A stretch of DNA of 64,000 nucleotides from Acidobacteriota bacterium (GTDB taxonomy: Bacteria; Acidobacteriota; Terriglobia; Acidiferrales; UBA7541), in assembly GCA_013289715.1 (NCBI GenBank), contig JABCZJ010000013.1:43118-107117 (forward strand), written 5' to 3'. The notes below the pieces were generated by a model, which did not search any database, was not told the origin of the DNA, and was given only the letters and a program-made list of their open reading frames with translations. Positions 30,693 through 39,034 of the stretch are shown piece by piece. A program made the position numbers and the translations under genes. How positions within the stretch are numbered: position 1 is the first letter of the stretch; every line of letters starts with the position of its first letter.

Positions 30693-31865
30693 ATGAAGAT
30701 TAAAGATGTTCGCACAAGAGCGGTCCGTTGGCGCGGCAAAACGGTTCCCTTGCCGCCGCATTTCTGCACGAATCCGATGGACCTGCTCACGCTGCCCGAA
30801 GCGTCCATGCAAACTTTCACGTTCCACGGCTGGCTAATCGTCGAGATTTTCACCGATGATGGTCACGTCGGCATCGGCAACGCCGCCCTCGCGCCTCCGA
30901 TCACCAAACAAGTGATCGACCTCTACCTGAAACCGCTACTCATCGGCACCGATCCATGGAACATCGAATTCCTCTGGCAGCACATGTACCGCAAAACGAT
31001 GGCGTTCGGGCGCAAAGGCATCGGCATGGCCGCAATCTCCGCTGTGGACATCGCGCTGTGGGACCTCCTCGGCAAATCCGCGAAGCAACCGGTCTTCCGC
31101 CTGCTCGGTGGCCGCACCAAACCGCGCATCCCCGTCTACGCCAGCCGCCTCTACAGCATCGAACTCAGCGAACTCGCCGCCGAAGCCAAGCGCTACAAAA
31201 AAGAAGGCTATCGCGCCATGAAACTCCGCTTCGGCTGGGGCCCCGCTGACGGCGCCGCAGGCATGCAACACAACGTCGACCTCGTGAAAACCGTTCGCCA
31301 GGCAGTGGGCGATGGCATCGACGTGATGGCCGACGCCTACATGGGCTGGACGCTCGACTACGCGAAACGCATGCTCCCCCTCCTCGAACCCTTCAATCTC
31401 CGCTGGCTGGAAGAGCCCGTAATCCCCGACGACATCCAAGGCTACGCCGAGCTGAAATCCTACGCGCGCATTCCCATCGCCGGCGGCGAACACGAATTCA
31501 CGCAGTACGGTTTCCGCGATCTCGTCGCCGCCCGCGCCGTGGATTACATCCAGTTCGACACGAATCGCGTCGGTGGCATCACCCAAGCGCGCAAAATTTC
31601 CGCGCTCGCCGAATCACACTCGGTCCCCGTGATTCCCCACGCCGGACAAATGCACAACTATCACGTCGTAATGGCCAGCCTGAATTCCCCCATGGCAGAA
31701 TATTTCCCCATCGTGGACGTAGAAGTCGGCAACGAACTTTTCTGGTATATCTTCGAGGGCGAACCGAAAGCCAAGGACGGATTCGTCGATCTCGACGACA
31801 ATCTTCCCGGCCTAGGCCTCACAATAAACGAAAAAGCCCTGGCAAAATTCGAAGTGATCGAGTGA
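30693..31865 (+). CDS. Enolase-superfamily (mandelate racemase/muconate lactonizing) sugar-acid dehydratase, L-rhamnonate/L-fuconate-dehydratase-like
   Basis: 'AISAVDIALWDLLGK', 'MADAYMGW', 'WLEEP' and 'IAGGEHE' mark the metal-ligand D/E/E and general-base regions of the enolase superfamily. Confidence 0.85.
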   Translation: MKIKDVRTRAVRWRGKTVPLPPHFCTNPMDLLTLPEASMQTFTFHGWLIVEIFTDDGHVGIGNAALAPPITKQVIDLYLKPLLIGTDPWNIEFLWQHMYRKTMAFGRKGIGMAAISAVDIALWDLLGKSAKQPVFRLLGGRTKPRIPVYASRLYSIELSELAAEAKRYKKEGYRAMKLRFGWGPADGAAGMQHNVDLVKTVRQAVGDGIDVMADAYMGWTLDYAKRMLPLLEPFNLRWLEEPVIPDDIQGYAELKSYARIPIAGGEHEFTQYGFRDLVAARAVDYIQFDTNRVGGITQARKISALAESHSVPVIPHAGQMHNYHVVMASLNSPMAEYFPIVDVEVGNELFWYIFEGEPKAKDGFVDLDDNLPGLGLTINEKALAKFEVIE

Positions 31866-31875
31866 GCCGCATCCA

Positions 31876-32877
31876 ATGACCCGACTGATCCAAATCGCAA
31901 AAGGCCGTCAACGCAAGGTGGCGCTAGTAGAAGAGCCCAAGCTACGGCTGCTCGACCAGACCTCGTCCACCTATTCCCTGGCGCAGGAAGCCGTCACGAG
32001 CGGCGCAAAATTGACGGCGCTCGTGCAAAAGAAACTCTCAAATGAAGCGCTCGACTACGACCCCATCTACAAAGGCGAATCCGATTGGCGCGTCCTGCTC
32101 CCGATCGATCATCCCGAAGAACCAACCCGCTGCCTGGTTTCCGGCACGGGCCTAACTCATCTCGGCAGCGCCCGCGATCGACAGGACATGCACGCCATGG
32201 CCGCAGAAAATCTCACCGACAGCATGAAAATGTTTCGCTGGGGGATCGACGGCGGCCGCCCGGCCGACGGACAAATCGGCACGCCCCCGGAATGGTTTTA
32301 CAAGGGCACTGGCACGCTTCTGCGCGCGCACAATGAGCCTCTCGATGTTCCGCCCTACGCGGAAGACGGCGGCGAAGAAGCCGAAATCGCCGGAATTTAT
32401 CTGATAGACGCCGAAGGCCGCCCGCGCCGCGTCGGCATGACCTGCGGCAATGAATTCTCCGACCACGTTTTCGAAAAAAAGAATTACCTGAATCTCGCCG
32501 GCTCGAAATTGCGCACCGCCTCTCTCGGTCCCGAACTGGCCATCGATCCCGCCTTCGATTCCGTCGCCGGCGAAGTCTCCATCGAACGCCTCGGCCACCC
32601 CCTCTGGACCAAAAGTATCCGCACCGGCGAAACCGAAATGTGCCACAGCCTGCGTAACATGGAGCACCACCACTTCAAATACGAAACGCATCGCCGCCCA
32701 GGCGACGTTCACGTCCATTTCTTCGGCGCCGTGAGCCTGAGCTTCGGCGAAGGCATTCGGCTAGCCACCGGTGACGTGATGCAAATCCAGTTCGCAGGCT
32801 TCGGCCGCGCGCTGCGCAACCCGCTAAAAGCGGCGACTGCCAAACCCGCACTCGTAGAAGTAATTCCACTGGGGTGA
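31876..32877 (+). CDS. GguC/AraD1-like FAH-fold protein (putative 2-keto-3-deoxy-sugar-acid dehydratase/hydrolase)
   Basis: 333 aa. 'LVSGTGLTHLGSARDRQDMH' resembles GguC-type proteins, recalled from memory. It sits in a sugar-acid operon. Confidence 0.55.
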   Translation: MTRLIQIAKGRQRKVALVEEPKLRLLDQTSSTYSLAQEAVTSGAKLTALVQKKLSNEALDYDPIYKGESDWRVLLPIDHPEEPTRCLVSGTGLTHLGSARDRQDMHAMAAENLTDSMKMFRWGIDGGRPADGQIGTPPEWFYKGTGTLLRAHNEPLDVPPYAEDGGEEAEIAGIYLIDAEGRPRRVGMTCGNEFSDHVFEKKNYLNLAGSKLRTASLGPELAIDPAFDSVAGEVSIERLGHPLWTKSIRTGETEMCHSLRNMEHHHFKYETHRRPGDVHVHFFGAVSLSFGEGIRLATGDVMQIQFAGFGRALRNPLKAATAKPALVEVIPLG

Positions 32878-33761
32878 ACGAATCAATGACCAAGCCACGC
32901 GTAGCAATTTTAGGATTAGGACTGATGGGCGCAGGAATGGCGGGCCGCGTCCTGACCGCCGGATTTCCACTCGCCGTCTACAATCGCAATCCGGAAAAAA
33001 CCGCCCCCTTTGCGAAAGCCGGCGCATTCGTCGCTCGCACGCCGCGCGATGCCGCCGCGCGCGCCGACATCATTATTAGTATGCTCGCGGACGACAACGC
33101 CTCCCGCGCCGTCTGGCTCGATAAAGATACGGGTGCGCTAGCCGCAGCCGCTCCCGGCACATGGCTCGTCGAATCAAGTACTGCGAGTGTCCAATGGATT
33201 CACGAACTGGCCGTAGCAGCCAAACACCGCCAATGCGAGCTGCTCGACGCTCCGGTAACCGGCTCGAAGCCGCAAGCCGCCGCCGGCGAACTGCTTTTTC
33301 TCGTTGGAGGTTCCGCCGAAGCCCTAGCCGCCGTCCGCCCCGTCCTAGTAGTTATGAGCCGCGACGTTCTCCATCTGGGTCCCCTCGGCAGTGGCGCGAC
33401 GCTGAAGCTCGTCAATAATTTTCTCTGCGGCGTGCAAGCCGCATCCCTAGCCGAAGCCATGGCGTTACTCAACGCCAGCGGCTTAGATAAAGAAAAATCA
33501 ATTGCAGTCCTAACCGCCGGCGCCCCTGGCAGTCCCCTCCTGAAAATCCTAACCACTCGCGCCGCCGCCAACGACTTCACCCCCAATTTCGCCCTGCGCC
33601 TAATGGCGAAAGATCTAACCTATGCCCGCGAAGAAGGCGCCCGCCGCGGCATAGCCATGAACACTGCCACCCCAGCCATCACCGATTTCGAAAAAGCGAT
33701 CGCTGCCGGCTACGGCGATAAAGACTTCTCCGCCGTAATCCCGGCTCTGCAAAAACCCTAA
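32874..33761 (+). CDS. NAD(P)-dependent 3-hydroxyisobutyrate/6-phosphogluconate-dehydrogenase-like oxidoreductase
   Basis: 'VAILGLGLMGAGMA' is a Rossmann motif and 'GSGATLKLVNN' is the family block. The start is either GTG 32874 (a GTGA overlap) or ATG 32886. Confidence 0.85.
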   Translation: MNESMTKPRVAILGLGLMGAGMAGRVLTAGFPLAVYNRNPEKTAPFAKAGAFVARTPRDAAARADIIISMLADDNASRAVWLDKDTGALAAAAPGTWLVESSTASVQWIHELAVAAKHRQCELLDAPVTGSKPQAAAGELLFLVGGSAEALAAVRPVLVVMSRDVLHLGPLGSGATLKLVNNFLCGVQAASLAEAMALLNASGLDKEKSIAVLTAGAPGSPLLKILTTRAAANDFTPNFALRLMAKDLTYAREEGARRGIAMNTATPAITDFEKAIAAGYGDKDFSAVIPALQKP

Positions 33762-33789
33762 CCGCAATCTCACCAATTGTGCACTCGGA

Positions 33790-33830
33790 AGGGCGGGGCT
33801 TCAGCCCCTGAAGCCGCCCTCGTTTTCTTC
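33790..33830 (+). terminator. Candidate intrinsic terminator of the sugar-acid operon
   Basis: An imperfect 13-bp GC-rich stem (AGGGCGG[gg]GGCTTCAG ccc CTGAAGCC GCCCT) is followed by 'cgttttcttc'. Confidence 0.45.
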
Positions 33831-34232
33831 AACACGACCGACACCGTCATGATCGTCGGCAGGGGCGCTGCTTGTGAATCGCCCTGCAGGGCGATTCATC
33901 CGGGGATCAAGCCGTGCGGGATCGAAGGGCTGCGCCCCAACTTGCCCGCGCGTCGACACGTTTACCGCGCCGTAGGGCCAGGGCATGCCGTGCCCGCCGC
34001 TTGGCACCGCGCACGCGCCAAAATCAACAATCCTCATTTGTCAGCGGGAATCACAGCGAAAAACAGAAGTGCCCTTGGTGTGTTTGTAAGTATTTGATAA
34101 TATTGGCATTAAAATTGAATAGTGTGAAAGTGTGTAAGTAAGTGTGTGAGTATTTGTGAATATCCTGCAATATCAGCTAGATTCAGCCCTCTAATTATGG
34201 AGCATGTCCCTATATTAATATCCCACTGGCAT

Positions 34233-34255
34233 AAAGTATCAAAAAATGATACTTT
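34233..34255 (+). promoter_or_regulatory. Perfect 9-bp inverted repeat (AAAGTATCA-N5-TGATACTTT), candidate AbiEi operator
   Basis: The repeat was read directly from the sequence. It ends 18 nt upstream of the abiEi TTG start, inside an AT-rich promoter-like region. Confidence 0.45.
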
Positions 34256-34273
34256 ACGTATGTGAATTAAGAA

Positions 34274-35065
34274 TTGAAATATCGGAATGCCAGAGAATAT
34301 GCGAACGGCCTCGCTGCCAGCGGGAAATATCACTTTACCTCTCGTGAAGCGCAGGATGCGCTCGGCGTTTCCGCCGCTGCCGCCAAGCTCGCACTGAACC
34401 GTTTAGCAAAACAGAAGCTGATCGCTTCCCCAGCGCGCGGCTTCTACGTCAATCTCCCACCGGAATATCAGTCTCTTGGCTGCCTTCCCGCCGACCAGTT
34501 TATTCCAGCGCTGATGAAGCGTCTCAATCTGTCATATTATACTGGCTTGCTATCTGCGGCACAGTATCACGGCGCAGCTCATCAGCGCCCGCAGCAGTTC
34601 CAGGTCTTCCTTGCAAGTAACCGGCGTCCGATACAATGCGGGGCAGTCCGCGTCGTCTTCATGGCGCGCAAGCGCCTGAAAGACGTGCCGGTTCAACCCT
34701 TCAACACGCCAAGGGGCACCCTGCTCGTTTCAACACCTGAAGCGACGGCACTCGACCTTGTGGGATACGCAGGCCATGCCGGCGGGCTCAATCAGGCGGC
34801 CACGGTCCTTTCCGAACTTGCAGAGCGGATTGATCCAGAGAAATTGGCCGTTGCTGCCCGGACAGCACCTATCTCCAGGGCGCAACGGCTCGGATACATG
34901 CTGGAACATCTTGGCTTCGCGGCCAAGATTCCGGCTCTCAAAGAATTTGTGCGCCAGCACGCAACGCAGTCAACCGTGCTCCTGCCGCAAGCGCAGCACA
35001 AGCGCGCCCGCCGCAATAAGAGCTGGAAGCTCTACATCAATGCAAAGGTGGAGGCGGAGCTGTGA
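34274..35065 (+). CDS. AbiEi-family type IV toxin-antitoxin antitoxin / transcriptional regulator
   Basis: The N-terminal wHTH-like 'GKYHFTSREAQDALGVSAAAAKLALNRLAKQKLIASPARGFY' and C-terminal 'YYTGLLSAAQYHGA…LVSTPEATALDLV' are typical of AbiEi. It overlaps the downstream AbiEii gene (GTGA). The start is TTG. Confidence 0.8.
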   Translation: MKYRNAREYANGLAASGKYHFTSREAQDALGVSAAAAKLALNRLAKQKLIASPARGFYVNLPPEYQSLGCLPADQFIPALMKRLNLSYYTGLLSAAQYHGAAHQRPQQFQVFLASNRRPIQCGAVRVVFMARKRLKDVPVQPFNTPRGTLLVSTPEATALDLVGYAGHAGGLNQAATVLSELAERIDPEKLAVAARTAPISRAQRLGYMLEHLGFAAKIPALKEFVRQHATQSTVLLPQAQHKRARRNKSWKLYINAKVEAEL

Positions 35066-35883
35066 TCCCACGTGACTACGTTACCGAATGGCGGGCGGTA
35101 GCCCCGTGGGTCCAGGATTTTCAGGTCGAGCAGGATCTCGTCATCAGTCGCGCGCTCGTCGAGATATTTTCGCACGTGCACCTGCGCGATGCGCTGGCGT
35201 TTCGTGGCGGCACGGCACTCTATAAGCTTCATCTCAGGCCCGCTGCGCGCTATTGAGAGAACATCGACCTCGTCCAGACGAAGGCAGAGGCAGCGGGTCC
35301 TACGATGGAAGCGCTGCGCGCGGTTCTTGATCCCTGGCTCGGTAAGCCGCAGTGGAAGCAGACCGAGGGACGCGTAACTTTCAGCTACCGTTTCCAGTCC
35401 GAGGATACACCCCCGATTCCTCTCCAGCTGAAAGTGGAGATCAATTCGCGGGAACATTTCGCGGTCTATGGTTTCAGGCGAATACCGTTCCGGATCGTGT
35501 CGCGCTGGTTCGAGGGCCGTTGCGAGGTTAACAGCTATGAATTGGACGAACTCCTTGGAACCAAAATGCGGGCGTTGTATCAGCGCAAGCAAGGGCGCGA
35601 CATATTCGACCTGGCAACAGCGCTGAATAATCCAGCGGTCAATCCTGATCGTGTCGTCGAGGCGTTCTCTGAATACATGACTAAGGACGGCCTCAAGGTG
35701 ACGCGCGCTCAGTTCGAGAAGAACATCGCGGCCAAGCTAGACGATCCCGAGTTCGCCGCCGACATCGGTCCCCTGCTCGCATCGGGATTTGCTTTGGACA
35801 TCAAGGCGGCGGCTGCCGTTTCATCACGCCTCATTGAACGCCTGTCGGGCGCTCCGTGGAAGGGCGACGAAAGGAAACAGTAA
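35062..35883 (+). pseudogene. AbiEii/AbiGii nucleotidyltransferase toxin, inactivated by in-frame TGA (35254-35256)
   Basis: ORFs 35062-35256 and 35305-35883 are in the same frame. The read-through gives 'FRGGTALYKLHLRPAARY*ENIDLV', with the stop at the Ser of the conserved GGTAL…R.S.D.D NTase motif. Confidence 0.8.
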
Positions 35884-36403
35884 GCATTATGTTCATGCTG
35901 GACACCTAACAGAAGAGCGGGAAGTATGGCGAAGTGGATTTTAAGTCTCTCATCCCGGCTTCTGCATCATCTTCGCTTTCAGCTAAGTCCGTGCGCTTTC
36001 TAGAAGATGACAATTTGCTACGTTGGTTGTCGTTGGCTGCATTTTGCTCCGATTTGTTCTCGTTCACGAAATTACAACAAAAGTTTGGGGTAAAGCTGCT
36101 GCGACCGAGCGGCTCTGGCATTTTGCGATTCTCAAAATAACGCCGGCGCGAACGGGCACGATGACCGTCCGCGGTCAATTGGAGACGCGTAATCCATTGG
36201 ACACCTACCTTCAGACCCGGTGTGTCCCCTTGTGCCGCCAGTATAGACTTGTGTCCCCTTCGAAGTGGCGCGTGGTTGCGGGTGTTACTGCTGTTCCACT
36301 TCTCCTGTGAGTATTCCCAAAGAAGTGTTCATCATCAATTGTGTGAATGACGTTGAGTTGCCGTTGATTAGGTATCGGGTTAGTTCACTACCAGGAGAAT
36401 GAA

Positions 36404-38521
36404 GTGAGCGATAACCAGGACTGCGTACTTCTCATTGAGAACGATCCCGCCGATGCTAGCTTGATCCGGGGGATTCTTGCCACCGTTCCGGTCGATGTGG
36501 AATGGGTTCGGGAACGCTGCGACGGGCTCGAACGACTGAGTCGGAGAGGGATAGGTGCGGTGATGCTCAATCTGTTCCTGCCCGATAGTCAAGGTATCAC
36601 GACATTTGACGAGGTATTTGCAGTGGCGCCACATATCCCGATCTTGATCCTGAGTGACTTGGAACGTGAGGATCTTTCCGCGCAATGTATACAGCGGGGA
36701 GCGCAGGATTATGTCCTGAAGAGGCATCTGGACCGCTATTGGCTGCCTCGAGCCCTACGTAACATGATCGAGCGAAAGATATTAAAAGAGGCGTTGTTCT
36801 TAGAAAAGGAACGCGCCCAGGTGATGCTGAACTCAATCGGTGACGCCGTGCTCAGCACCGACGTCTCGGGCAATGTAACCTATCTCAACGGGGTAGCTGA
36901 AGCCATGACCGGGTGGCCGTGGAAAGAGGCGGCAGGGCGCCCGGCCACCGAAATACTCAAAATTATCGACGGTTCAACGCGTGAATCCGCTCGGAACCCC
37001 GTGGAACTAGCCATCCAGGAAAACAAGACTGTTGGGTTGGCAACGAACTGTATTCTTGTGCGGCGTGACGGCTATGAATCTGGCATCGAAGATTCCTCCG
37101 CGCCCATCCACAATCGGGAGGGCCACGTTACCGGGGGCGTGATGGTTTTCCATGACGTGAGTGTGGCGCGAGCGCTGGCGCTACAGATGTCCCATCTGTC
37201 GCAACATGACTGTCTCACGGATTTGCCGAACCGAATACTACTCAAGGTGCTGCTCTCGCAGGCGATGGCGTTAGCCCGGCGCCACGACTATCGACTGGCG
37301 GTGCTGTTTCTGGATTTGGATCGCTTTAAGAACATCAATGAGGCCCTGGGACACGTAATGGGCGACAGACTTCTTAAAATGGTTGCGGCGCGTTTAGTGG
37401 CGTGTCTGCGCGGCTCAGATATAGTGAGCCGCGAGGGCGCGGATGAATTTGTCGTAATGCTTTCAGACATTAGGGGCGTGGACCACGCCGCCGAAGTCGC
37501 GAAGAAGATTCTCAGCGACCTCATGGTGCCCTATTCAATCGACCATCACAATCTTGATGTTACGGCGAGCATTGGCATCAGCATCTATCCCGATGACTTC
37601 GAGGATGCGGAGGCGCTGCTGAAGGCCGCGGACACGGCGACGTCGGACGCGAAGAAACAGGGGCGCAACAATTACCAATTCTTTAGAAGCGACATGAATG
37701 TACACGCGCGTGAGCGACAATCCCTCGAAAGCAGCCTGCGGCACGCCCTGGAGCGCCAAGAGTTTGTGGTGCATTACCAGCCGAAGATAAATCTGGAGAC
37801 CTGTGCCATTACGGGGGCAGAGGCGCTCATCCGTTGGCTGCATCCAGATCGCGGCCTCGTTCCTCCAGGTCAGTTCCTTCCCATTGCCGAAGAATGTGGC
37901 CTCATGGTGCCGATCGGGCAATGGATCACGCGCGCTGCATGTATGCAAGCCCGAGCATGGATGGACGCGGGTTTTCCGGCAGTGCCAGTGGCGGTGAACA
38001 TTTCCGCTGCAGAGTTCCGGAACGATGGCTACATTGCAGACCTGAAAGCTATCCTGACAGATGTTCGCTTGGAGGCACGTTATCTAGAAATTGAACTGAC
38101 CGAAACCGTCCTGATGCAGCATTCGGAGACCACGGCGTCTATACTTCAGGCCCTGAAAGCGATAGGTGTGCGGCTGGCGCTCGATGATTTCGGCACGGGG
38201 TATTCAAGTCTAAGCTATCTGAGGCGATTTCCGATCGACACGCTCAAGATCGACAGATCGTTCGTGCAAGAGATCACCGGTGATGCAAATGACGCCTCAA
38301 TTATAAAGGCAGTTATCGGCATGGGCCAAAGCCTCAAGCTCCGAGTAACTGCGGAGGGAGTGGAGACGCACGAGCAGTTCACTTTTCTTCAGGACCGCCA
38401 CTGCGACGAGGGACAAGGCTATTATTTCAGTCCGCCTGTAGTCGCCGAACAATTCACCGAGCTACTTAAGTCCGGCATAGGACGGAGCCGTCGTCCATTG
38501 GCGCTGGCGTCGCCGTCCTAG
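36404..38521 (+). CDS. Receiver(atypical)-PAS-GGDEF(degenerate)-EAL signalling protein
   Basis: The REC-like N-terminus reads 'VMLNLFLPDSQG'. A PAS domain follows ('NSIGDAVLSTD…VTYLN'). The GGDEF region reads 'RGSDIVSREGADEF'. The EAL domain has 'GAEALIRW', 'DDFGTGYSSLSYL', 'KIDRSFV', 'EGVET' and 'QGYYF'. Confidence 0.9.
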   Translation: MSDNQDCVLLIENDPADASLIRGILATVPVDVEWVRERCDGLERLSRRGIGAVMLNLFLPDSQGITTFDEVFAVAPHIPILILSDLEREDLSAQCIQRGAQDYVLKRHLDRYWLPRALRNMIERKILKEALFLEKERAQVMLNSIGDAVLSTDVSGNVTYLNGVAEAMTGWPWKEAAGRPATEILKIIDGSTRESARNPVELAIQENKTVGLATNCILVRRDGYESGIEDSSAPIHNREGHVTGGVMVFHDVSVARALALQMSHLSQHDCLTDLPNRILLKVLLSQAMALARRHDYRLAVLFLDLDRFKNINEALGHVMGDRLLKMVAARLVACLRGSDIVSREGADEFVVMLSDIRGVDHAAEVAKKILSDLMVPYSIDHHNLDVTASIGISIYPDDFEDAEALLKAADTATSDAKKQGRNNYQFFRSDMNVHARERQSLESSLRHALERQEFVVHYQPKINLETCAITGAEALIRWLHPDRGLVPPGQFLPIAEECGLMVPIGQWITRAACMQARAWMDAGFPAVPVAVNISAAEFRNDGYIADLKAILTDVRLEARYLEIELTETVLMQHSETTASILQALKAIGVRLALDDFGTGYSSLSYLRRFPIDTLKIDRSFVQEITGDANDASIIKAVIGMGQSLKLRVTAEGVETHEQFTFLQDRHCDEGQGYYFSPPVVAEQFTELLKSGIGRSRRPLALASPS

Positions 38522-39034
38522 GCCAGAATTGTCTCGCGGATAAACATTTCCGTGACGTGATTCCCGTCGGACGCGGCGTGAACAATTTCAGTTCGACCAA
38601 TCGCGCTTGGGCTGTGTCTGGCGCGGAGTTTCGCTGACGAAAGATGGCTCGCAAACGCGAGTTCGGTTTTTAAGCGTGAAATTAACTTTTCGGACGGGAT
38701 CAATCTCGGCGCCGCATTTGCCGCAAAGATCCGTCTGCGCTTCGCGCATTTCGGCATCAGACCTTTCGAAGGAAAGGTGCGCGACGCGGTGGACGCTATC
38801 ACGTCTTTGTCGGGGTTGGGAACCGCGCGTCAATCTTTCTCATTAACTCCACAGCGTTATCAATCGCGTCGCGGAACGCGTTTTCCCGTGCGGGTGATGG
38901 CCGGCGATCCAGACCCGCTGGTCGCCGAACCAGGAACATTCCGGCGACAAGATAAATTAATTTCTTTCGACCCTCGTCCATCGGAAAGACAAAATAGCAT
39001 GTTCGCTTTAGTTTCGCATAGCCATTCTTGACCT

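Noticed and set aside
33777-34097. A 106-aa ORF (and the antisense 78-aa ORF) between the sugar-acid operon and the island.
   Set aside because: The translation is Ala/Arg/Pro/Gly-rich and spans GC-rich palindromic REP-like sequence (e.g. GGGCCAGGGCATGCCGTGCCCGCC). There is no start context or motif.
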